Source of the DNA: Thermoplasmatota archaeon
GTDB taxonomy: Archaea > Thermoplasmatota > Penumbrarchaeia > Penumbrarchaeales > Penumbrarchaeaceae
NCBI GenBank assembly: GCA_965234725.1
Contig: CBDDUX010000004.1
Coordinates: 1-64,000 of the forward strand
Length of the DNA stretch: 64,000 nucleotides
Direction: 5' to 3'
The position numbers and the translations under genes were made by a program. This document shows positions 38,929-46,747 of the stretch, piece after piece. The notes under the pieces were generated by a model. That model was not told where the DNA came from and did no database searches. It was given only the letters and a program-made list of their open reading frames with translations. Position 1 is the stretch's first letter. Every line of letters begins with the position of its first letter.

Positions 38929-39309
38929 CTGGATCGACTGAAGGAGATCGCCGATAGATTAGGCCTATCAGAGGATGATGTAAGCGAGATAAGAAAGGAA
39001 AGGAGGAAATTGAGGTGGATGATCGCCATTGGAGGTCTTATTGCGGCATTACTGATGTTCCTGATGGGTTTCTTAATTGGGTTCTTCATATCCAATGGTG
39101 ATCCCAGTGGTGACCCTTTTAGTGAACCCTCCGGTGATGGATATCCTTTTGCCACCTCTGCTTTTGGCATTGCGAGCACTCAAGGAAGAAAATGGAAAAG
39201 AATTCTGATGCCAGCCCTTTTCATTCTTGGGTTTCTGACCGGATTGTCCAGGCCTGTATTTGGGAACAGCGTCCGATATGGTGTATTCAGGAGAGGCGAG
39301 GTCAGATGA
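38929..39309 (+). CDS. Small membrane protein, paralogue P4 (probable CTG start)
   Basis: In-frame extension of ORF 39010..39309 gives LDRLKEIADRLGLSEDDVSEIRKERRK + TM + DGYPFA + TM + PVFGNSVRYGVF. GAGGAG ends 8 nt before CTG 38929. Confidence 0.75.
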   Translation: MDRLKEIADRLGLSEDDVSEIRKERRKLRWMIAIGGLIAALLMFLMGFLIGFFISNGDPSGDPFSEPSGDGYPFATSAFGIASTQGRKWKRILMPALFILGFLTGLSRPVFGNSVRYGVFRRGEVR

Positions 39310-40319
39310 AATTAAAACCGGAAGTAGCTGTGTGGGAGACCACGCTCAGATGTAATCTCAGATGTTCTCATTGCGGATCCGTCGCCGGGGATGCAAGAAC
39401 AGATGAACTTTCAACTCAGGAATGCTTCTCACTTATCGAACAGTTGGCAGATCTGGGTTGCAAGGATGTGTCCTTGATGGGCGGGGAGTTCCTTATCCGG
39501 GATGACTGGCATGCTCTTGGTGGATGTGTGAAGGATCTGGGAATGGACCTCTGCATGGTCTCGAACGGTATTATGGTCCCGAAGTTCATCAATGAAATAT
39601 CGAGACTGCAACCAAAGGTAGTGGGTATATCCGTTGACGGATTGAAGGAAGCTCACGAGAAGATCAGGGGGAAGGGGACCTTCGATCCGACAATGAAAGC
39701 CGTTGACATGCTGCTTGATAGAGATATTCAGACGACCCTGATAACCACTATCAGCAAGATCAATTTCAAGGACCTTCCAAAGATGGCGGAGATGATAAAG
39801 GGAAGGGGATGCAATTGGCAGATCCAGACAGCGATGCCCTTCGGAAATTTCAGCAGGGATCTGCTAATCTCCGAAGAGGACTACTACGCCTCGGCCATGT
39901 TCATTGCGAAACAGAGGATAAACAACAAGTTCGAGGACCTTCCTCTAATTGGAGCCCACTGTTATGGATACCATTCAAAGGTCCTTCCCGGGTGCAAATG
40001 GGGCGGGTGTACGGCTGGTTTAAGATCGATCGGAATAACATCGAACGGTGGAATAGTCGGGTGCCTTTCAATGGGAAATGAGAGGTTCATCGAGGGGAAT
40101 ATCAGGGAGAGGACCTTGAGAGAGATCTGGGAGGATCCCAGAGCTTTTACCTACAACCGGAAATTCAGTAAAGAGGAACTTGGACCGAATTGCAAAGGTT
40201 GTAGATATGGGAAGAAGTGCAAGGGTGGCTGCAATTCAGTGTCCATTTCTTTGACAAATCGTTTTCATAATGATCCCTACTGCTTCCGCAGGATTGAAAG
40301 GGATGTAATTGGAATTTGA
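39306..40319 (+). CDS. Radical SAM/SPASM peptide/protein maturase, splicease (PlpX)-like
   Basis: AVWETTLRCNLRCSHCGS (CxxxCxxC), ELST.E, GGE, ISVDG and WQIQ..MP.GN. SPASM domain W.GCTAG..IGI...G...GCLS, GNIRE, CKGC.....CKGGC and DPYC. ATGA overlap with P4. Confidence 0.88.
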   Translation: MKLKPEVAVWETTLRCNLRCSHCGSVAGDARTDELSTQECFSLIEQLADLGCKDVSLMGGEFLIRDDWHALGGCVKDLGMDLCMVSNGIMVPKFINEISRLQPKVVGISVDGLKEAHEKIRGKGTFDPTMKAVDMLLDRDIQTTLITTISKINFKDLPKMAEMIKGRGCNWQIQTAMPFGNFSRDLLISEEDYYASAMFIAKQRINNKFEDLPLIGAHCYGYHSKVLPGCKWGGCTAGLRSIGITSNGGIVGCLSMGNERFIEGNIRERTLREIWEDPRAFTYNRKFSKEELGPNCKGCRYGKKCKGGCNSVSISLTNRFHNDPYCFRRIERDVIGI

Positions 40320-40346
40320 GGGAGGATCTTAAATAAATTCATTCGC

Positions 40347-40898
40347 TCACTTTAATCGTTCCTTGATCCTCTTGAAGAGGTCCTCATCGATCTTGCCTGT
40401 GAGAAGGTCCTCCGCCGCTCTTTTCAGGATCTCTTTGACCAAGGTGTCCTGGTCGATGTATTCGAACCTTGTGGACCTTCCGTCCTTCCATTTTCTTACC
40501 AATCCCAGGGAGAGAAGGGTTCTGATATTGTAATCGAACGTGAACCTGGAGCATCTTACCAATGAGCATATCTCCTTCTGGTTCGATCCGGGATTGCTCT
40601 TTATTCGATGAAGGATCTTCTGCTGAAGGTCAGATAACGGAACGCCGATCAGATTTCCTTCGGGATCTATCTGATTGGATTGTTTCGTATCTGATGGAAA
40701 GTAACACCTCTTCCCATTCAGGATCTTGGCCAGTATGATCCTCTTCCTTTCCAGATATTGAAGGTGATACCTTAGTGTCCCGTCAGGCATCTGGTAAATA
40801 TTTCTTAATGTAACGAAGGAGACCCCGGGATAGGTCGCAATATGGTTGAAGATCGATCTTCTTGTATGATGATCGATCACTCGACCTTCCGCATCCAT
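40347..40898 (-). CDS. Tandem winged helix-turn-helix transcriptional regulator (archaeal ArsR-like)
   Basis: Two wHTH units: R..IF.HI..YPG.SF..L......GTLRYHL..LE and Q.IL..I..NPG.NQ.EI.....F.YNI..L...G.V. Confidence 0.82.
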   Translation of the reverse strand: MDAEGRVIDHHTRRSIFNHIATYPGVSFVTLRNIYQMPDGTLRYHLQYLERKRIILAKILNGKRCYFPSDTKQSNQIDPEGNLIGVPLSDLQQKILHRIKSNPGSNQKEICSLVRCSRFTFDYNIRTLLSLGLVRKWKDGRSTRFEYIDQDTLVKEILKRAAEDLLTGKIDEDLFKRIKERLK

Positions 40899-40934
40899 CA
40901 GACACCCTCGCAATGTACATCTCGATCCAGTACA

Positions 40935-42830
40935 TCAATCGAGTATCTCTTGTATGGATCTGTAAGTGCTTTCACTGATACGACCATCGAATTTACTGTC
41001 CTCAAGAAGGACCCGGATACTGTCCGAATCAACTTCGATCTCTCCTTTGTCCCCGGACCGGGTAATATCTCTGATATATTCCCTAATCCTTTCCTCCTCC
41101 TTTGTCAGATCACCGGATCTCTTACCAATTGACCTAATGACTATGAAGGTGGCAAGGAAAAAAAGTATTGCGCATATAAATATGATTACCGGTACGAGGA
41201 TGTATCCATCAATCCGGTATCTATCGGGGTCCTTATCCCTTTGATCTCTGGGATCGTTCAGATATCTATCAATTTCCAGTCCGGTGGTCGAGTCGTTCTG
41301 GTCCATCCCAGGATTCCATTCATCTGGATATCCATCCATGTCTTCATCTACCGATGCGGCGGGATCATAGGGAAATTTATCCTTGTCATCTGTTATATTA
41401 TCCCCATCCGTGTCCTTTGTTTCATTGGTTTGATTATTATCCGGATCACTGCCCTCTTCCTCCTTCCATCTTGAAGGGTCCAGGGGGTAGAAATCAGAAT
41501 TGTCTCCAACCTTGTCACCGTCTGAATCCATCCATTCCGATGGATCCTCAGGGAATGCATCTGTATTGTTTCCTACTCCATCACCATCTGTGTCGATCCA
41601 TTCATTGGGATCATTTGGAAATGCATCGGAGTTGTCGCCGAAGGTATCGTTATCGGAATCCTTCCATTCATTCGGATCGTTGGGAAAGACATCCGAATTA
41701 TCCCCCACCGTATCATTATCGGTGTCATTCCATTCGTTGGGATCTTCAGGGAACCTGTCGATTGGATCCGTGTATCCATCACCATCGCTGTCTTTTTTAG
41801 TGGGTGTATAATGGATATTTAGTATACCAACCTCTACCCTGGAGCCACTGCAGGTCGAGATGAACTCGTTGTTTGAAGAGATCTCGATATCCTTGATCCA
41901 AGGGAATTTATTCACCACATCCAGGTCGATCCTATCATCGATATGCATAATGCAGAGTTGGGAAACGTTCGAATAGAAGAAGAATTTGCCTTCCTTGTCC
42001 AAAGCTCCTGTTGAAATTGCAGGAAGGTTCTCGATAAGGGCCTCGAATTCTTTAGTATTGGCATCTGCCAGATACATCGTCTCATTTCCAAACACCATGT
42101 TGGAACTGTGGGGTCTCCATTCCAGATACGTTGCGATCACCGGAAAGGGACCGATGGTGCTATACAGTTCGATATCATCGTTAGAGGAGAGATATACTAT
42201 CTCGACAATTCCCCTGAAGGGTCTCCCATCCATCCCAATGAATTGATAACTTGATACAGCAAGATGTCCAATATCCGAATAGTCGATGGCAACAACAGAA
42301 CCATAAGGATTGTAATTATCTATCACGGTCCAATCAGTCGTATTGAGTATGTCCACATTACCGTAATGAGGTCCGCTCACTGCCAATCTTGTATGTGAAG
42401 TATCAGATGAAAGACATGAGATCCATTCATTGAAATAGGTATCTTCCAACAAATTCATATCCGGGACAGTATAGATCCTCAGTCCTCCTTGGTATGTATT
42501 GTGCTGTGATCCCATTCCCACTGCAAGAACAAGATCTCCGTCACTATAGGTCCACTCAAGATCCCTGATGGTATGGTTTTCCTTGATGGTCCAATCGATA
42601 CCATGTGTTGTATGATTGAACCCAATAACGGTCCCGTTCTGGTAACCGATAGCTACGGTGTTTCCATCTGGTGAGAATTTGATAACGTTCGGACTCCCCT
42701 CAACGATGGTGGCCCAGGAGTCCGGGAATATATCTTCCTCTGCTCCTGCTACCATGAAAGTAGAAGTGAACAGGGTTAGAAGAATTATCGAAATTCCTGG
42801 GGTAAGGAGGTTTCTGACGAATGAACTCAC
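40935..42830 (-). CDS. Surface protein: WD40-like propeller + thrombospondin type 3-like Ca-binding repeats + TM
   Basis: Signal peptide from GTG 42830 (TATATATA about 21 nt upstream); WD40-like FSPDG..VAIG; 22-aa repeats; TM ILVPVIIFICAILFFLATFIVI. Confidence 0.8.
   Translation of the reverse strand: MSSFVRNLLTPGISIILLTLFTSTFMVAGAEEDIFPDSWATIVEGSPNVIKFSPDGNTVAIGYQNGTVIGFNHTTHGIDWTIKENHTIRDLEWTYSDGDLVLAVGMGSQHNTYQGGLRIYTVPDMNLLEDTYFNEWISCLSSDTSHTRLAVSGPHYGNVDILNTTDWTVIDNYNPYGSVVAIDYSDIGHLAVSSYQFIGMDGRPFRGIVEIVYLSSNDDIELYSTIGPFPVIATYLEWRPHSSNMVFGNETMYLADANTKEFEALIENLPAISTGALDKEGKFFFYSNVSQLCIMHIDDRIDLDVVNKFPWIKDIEISSNNEFISTCSGSRVEVGILNIHYTPTKKDSDGDGYTDPIDRFPEDPNEWNDTDNDTVGDNSDVFPNDPNEWKDSDNDTFGDNSDAFPNDPNEWIDTDGDGVGNNTDAFPEDPSEWMDSDGDKVGDNSDFYPLDPSRWKEEEGSDPDNNQTNETKDTDGDNITDDKDKFPYDPAASVDEDMDGYPDEWNPGMDQNDSTTGLEIDRYLNDPRDQRDKDPDRYRIDGYILVPVIIFICAILFFLATFIVIRSIGKRSGDLTKEEERIREYIRDITRSGDKGEIEVDSDSIRVLLEDSKFDGRISESTYRSIQEILD
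41463..41792 (-). repeat. Five 66-bp (22-aa) tandem TSP3-like repeats
   Basis: DSDGDGYTDPIDRFPEDPNEWN / DTDNDTVGDNSDVFPNDPNEWK / DSDNDTFGDNSDAFPNDPNEWI / DTDGDGVGNNTDAFPEDPSEWM / DSDGDKVGDNSDFYPLDPSRWK. Confidence 0.9.
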
Positions 42831-43067
42831 ATTAGCGTTATGAGATCCCGTATATATATCAAGTTCAACGATAATTTGAAACATATCTGGCCCTTTGATC
42901 CTATATAATTTTTGTGACAATCTTATCCAACATATCAGGAGAATATTTGAAGAATACATGAAATGTTGACGGATAATGCCGTAATATTTTAATAGGTAGG
43001 TTTGAGCCAGATATGTGAGAACAATATTGTGATATCCTCCTTATAATCCCAAAAGAATATCTTATCC

Positions 43068-46000
43068 ATGGGAAGGGAAGAGTTCTCTCTTAAGATCCCA
43101 CAAGGGAATAGGTCTAGACCATCCGTATTACCATTTGCATTGATGTTCATTTTCATTGTAATGATAATTATCGGGTCCTATCAGGGATCATTCTCTGGTT
43201 TAAAGGAAGATGAGGGTCCATTGATATTCAATAATGTGACCAATATGGATTTCAGTAATGATACTTTATTCCTTGCTTCTCCAGATAATGATCTGAAGGT
43301 TTGTGTATGGACAACTGAATTGGGTGATGAGAAGGGGTGTCCGGTATACAGTATTCTATACAATGGGGATCCTGTTGTTCAAAGGTCCAGATTGGGGTTG
43401 AATATTGAAGGAATGGAGGAGAAATTATCTTCTGGTCTGATGTTAGATGGAAATGAAAGAAGTTCGGTGAACAGTTCGATCGAACTAGTTGCCTCCGATG
43501 TTGATGTTATTCCGGAGAGATACAACCAGATGATCGTTTCTTACAGTAGTACGGAAGAAGAGGAAATCGGGATGGATATCATTTTCAGAGCATACGATGA
43601 AGGCATATCTTTCTCATATTATGTGGATAAGCTTGATGGAAAGAAGACCTGTAGGATAAAAGATGAAATTACCAGTTTCAATGTAACAGAGGATTCTATT
43701 TGTTTTGCTGAATATGGTGTAGAGGCGGCATACAATAAAGTAAAGGTCTCGGAGATCAAGAAGGACTGTGAACTGCCTCTGCTAATAGAAGATGCGGATT
43801 CGGAGTGTTGGATGACCATTTCGGAAGCAGGTCTTCAAGATTACTCAAGGGCATTCCTTGGTCCCGGTAGCAAGATGAATGGGACCATAGACACATCCAT
43901 TTATTCCAGTGTTGGAAAGAATGTTCCATTTACCACTCCATGGAGGATGGTCCTGATCGGAGATCATCCTTTCGAGATGATCGAAAAGGGCCGGATATGT
44001 TATTCAATGTGCTCTGACAATGTTATAGGTGATACGAGCTGGATAATGCCAGGTAAGGCATTCAGGGATTGTTCTTTGACCACCAAAGGGTCGAAAGGCA
44101 TCATCGACTACTGTTCATATCATGGAATGGAATATGTTCATCTGGACGCAGGCTGGTATGGAAAGGAAAGTGAATCAAGTTCGGATGCATCTACCGTTTC
44201 AGCGAAGAACCTGAACCTTACAGAGGTAATCTCCTATGCAAAGAGCAAGGATATCGGTGTGATCCTATACGTTAACAACAAGGCTCTTACCAGACAGTAC
44301 AAGGATATCTTCCCTCTTTACAAGAAGTGGGGTATCGCTGGAGTGAAGTTCGGTTTCGTCGACGGAAGGTCCCAGGCTGGAATAAACTTCGTTCATAAAG
44401 CGGTTCAGGAAGCGGCAAAGAACGAATTGATCGTTGATGTTCACGATTATTACAGACCTACAGGGATGAGCAGGACATATCCCAATTTGCTGACACAGGA
44501 GGGAGTCAGGGGAAACGAGCAATTCCCCTCTGCTCGGGATAACACGATACTCCCATTCACACGGTGTGTTGCCGGTCCGACCGATTATACGCCGATATTT
44601 GCAACGAAGGGGACGACCACGACAATGGCCCATCAACTTGCCCTTCCTATCGTAATATTCAGCCCTCTTCAATACATTTACTGGTATGGCACGCCGGAAA
44701 AGGCCGGGAATTCTTCCATCAATACACTGTGGGATAATATTCCCACCGTGTGGAATGAATCGATATTCATAGAAGGAAATCCCGGGAGCCATGCGGTTTA
44801 CGCCAGGAGATCGGACAAAGACTGGTATCTTGGTGCGATCAACGGTCCGAAAGATAGGACCTTAAAGATCAGATTGGATTTCCTTGATCAGGGCGATCAA
44901 TATTCTGCTCGTTTGTACACTGACCCGGGCAATGGTTCGGTGGAGATCAGGGACTTCACTGTCAACTCTGAAACAGAGATCATTGAAAATGTCCCTCAAA
45001 GAAGTGGATTATCCATGAAGATAAAGGAGGTCCAGGAAGATCCTCCCCCGGATGACGACAAGTATCCACCCCGACTTGTTGATATCGGAAAATGGGAGAT
45101 CTTCGAGGATACGGTTCAGAAGGTGACTCTGCTTTCCCCCAATGGCTGGGATGGGCTTACCATCAAACATGATCCGCTTCCAGGATTCCTTCATCTTCTG
45201 GAGGGGGATAAGGCACTATTGGCTGAACCAGGAAATGATGATGTCGGAGATCATTCCGTTGTGTTCGAACTGTTTTCGGGAGAAGAACTCCTAGACAGCA
45301 TTGAAATGGTAATTGAGGTCCAAAATGTCAATGACCCTCCGGAGATGACCATTCCCGAATATGTAATGATGGATACGGGAACCCGTTATGTCATACCTTT
45401 GAAAGCAACCGATATCGATCCAACAGAGGATGATCTGATATGGGAGATAAATACCAATGCTGATTTCTTCGATCTGGATGAAGAAAATGATACTTTGAAT
45501 GCATATCCTACACTCCTTGACGGAGGGATGCATACAATATATCTCAATGTAAGTGACGGTAATGGGGGTTCTGTTGAAGGAAAGATGTATGCCCTCGTCA
45601 CCCAACCGAACGGTTCCGTTTTCCTTCTGCCATCCAACGGGTCCCTTGAACTCCGGGAAGGACAATACTTCACATATAGGTTCCAGGCGATCTCAGAGGG
45701 AAAGAATGTTGAGAATTTGATATGGAAGCTGAAGAACGCTCCCTCCTTCCTTTCGATAGATGAAGACTCTGGGATCCTATCGGGGAGATCCGGGAATAAG
45801 GATGCTGGTGTTTACATGTTCGATGTCACCTTGGAGGAAGGAGGCGTTGAAACGGCAAGTGCAACCTTTACGGTTTTTGTGCATAGGGTAAATGATCCCC
45901 CCATGATCACAACATCCCCCACGCTTATTGAAGTTGATGCTGGGAGTACTCTTCAAGTGGAGCTTGATGCCATAGATGAGGATCTCATCTCAGGATCCTT

Positions 46001-46427
46001 GAAATGGAGCATGGTAGAATCCCCCGATTTTGCGATCGTTGAGACCGAAACGGGAAAGCTCCTGATATCTCCTGGTGAAGATGAAAGGGGATTCCATGAG
46101 GTCCTGGTCCGGGTGGAAGATCCTGAGGGAGCATTTGACGATCTGGTGCTAGCGGTCCTCGTAAATGGAGATGAATCGGGCAAGGATATCGAGGAATGGG
46201 AATACAATGGAAGTAAGGTTCGGGTCATCCCCGTTGAAATAACTTCCGATGTTTGGAATGAGTACCCCTATTATGTGGTGGATGGATCATCCATCATCAT
46301 CTATTATCCTTTCATGGAAGAAAGTATCGAGGATCCGGGAGATGGTTCGGATATTGGTTATATTGCATTATTTGTGATCCTGGTCTCTGTTATCACAATA
46401 TTCATCCATATGTTCATCAAGAGATAG
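43068..46427 (+). CDS. Glycoside hydrolase family 97 with cadherin-like/Ig repeats and C-terminal TM
   Basis: GH97 motifs LASPD.DL.V, FRAYDEG, TPWR, DTSWI.PGK, DAGWY, RPTG.SRTYPN..T.EGVRGNE, LPFTR..AGP.DYTP, T.AHQLA and PTVW. VNDPP linkers mark cadherin-like modules. Confidence 0.88.
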   Translation: MGREEFSLKIPQGNRSRPSVLPFALMFIFIVMIIIGSYQGSFSGLKEDEGPLIFNNVTNMDFSNDTLFLASPDNDLKVCVWTTELGDEKGCPVYSILYNGDPVVQRSRLGLNIEGMEEKLSSGLMLDGNERSSVNSSIELVASDVDVIPERYNQMIVSYSSTEEEEIGMDIIFRAYDEGISFSYYVDKLDGKKTCRIKDEITSFNVTEDSICFAEYGVEAAYNKVKVSEIKKDCELPLLIEDADSECWMTISEAGLQDYSRAFLGPGSKMNGTIDTSIYSSVGKNVPFTTPWRMVLIGDHPFEMIEKGRICYSMCSDNVIGDTSWIMPGKAFRDCSLTTKGSKGIIDYCSYHGMEYVHLDAGWYGKESESSSDASTVSAKNLNLTEVISYAKSKDIGVILYVNNKALTRQYKDIFPLYKKWGIAGVKFGFVDGRSQAGINFVHKAVQEAAKNELIVDVHDYYRPTGMSRTYPNLLTQEGVRGNEQFPSARDNTILPFTRCVAGPTDYTPIFATKGTTTTMAHQLALPIVIFSPLQYIYWYGTPEKAGNSSINTLWDNIPTVWNESIFIEGNPGSHAVYARRSDKDWYLGAINGPKDRTLKIRLDFLDQGDQYSARLYTDPGNGSVEIRDFTVNSETEIIENVPQRSGLSMKIKEVQEDPPPDDDKYPPRLVDIGKWEIFEDTVQKVTLLSPNGWDGLTIKHDPLPGFLHLLEGDKALLAEPGNDDVGDHSVVFELFSGEELLDSIEMVIEVQNVNDPPEMTIPEYVMMDTGTRYVIPLKATDIDPTEDDLIWEINTNADFFDLDEENDTLNAYPTLLDGGMHTIYLNVSDGNGGSVEGKMYALVTQPNGSVFLLPSNGSLELREGQYFTYRFQAISEGKNVENLIWKLKNAPSFLSIDEDSGILSGRSGNKDAGVYMFDVTLEEGGVETASATFTVFVHRVNDPPMITTSPTLIEVDAGSTLQVELDAIDEDLISGSLKWSMVESPDFAIVETETGKLLISPGEDERGFHEVLVRVEDPEGAFDDLVLAVLVNGDESGKDIEEWEYNGSKVRVIPVEITSDVWNEYPYYVVDGSSIIIYYPFMEESIEDPGDGSDIGYIALFVILVSVITIFIHMFIKR

Positions 46428-46665
46428 TGGAATAAGGACCTGATAGAGAAATTATAGGTTATTCCTCCTCCTTCTTCCTATCAGGAAGAAAATAAAGATC
46501 AATACCATGATCAGTAGGATGACCCCGATGATACTGATGTAGATCAGAATTCCCAATATCGACAAGATCCTGGGTCTGATCATCTGCCTTCCGGTTCTGC
46601 TCCTGATCGTTACCATCGTAGTGATCGTGATCATCATAAGGAATAATAAGAAGAAGTCCAAGGGT

Positions 46666-46715
46666 TACGATTCACAATCGTAGAAAACTGAAGTGGGATA
46701 CGATTGCTAATCGTA
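46666..46715. promoter_or_regulatory. Two copies of palindromic operator TACGATT-N3-AATCGTA next to a TATA box
   Basis: 46666-46682 TACGATTcacAATCGTA and 46699-46715 TACGATTgctAATCGTA. TATTTAAA follows at 46719. Confidence 0.7.
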
Positions 46716-46747
46716 ACCTATTTAAAGGTAAATATATATTGCTTTTT

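Noticed and set aside
39306-40319. rSAM as PqqE, NirJ/Ahb or MftC cofactor enzyme
   Set aside because: No pqq, heme or mycofactocin genes are nearby, and the motifs and coupling to YG-bearing genes favour a peptide/protein maturase. Not formally excluded without an HMM search.
41463-41792. 66-bp periodicity as a CRISPR array
   Set aside because: The units are in-frame coding repeats with synonymous variation, there are no unique spacers, and no cas genes are present.
43021-43030. Palindrome ACAATATTGT (similar TCAATATTGA at 14642)
   Set aside because: Short AT-rich palindromes are expected by chance, and there is only a single copy per promoter.
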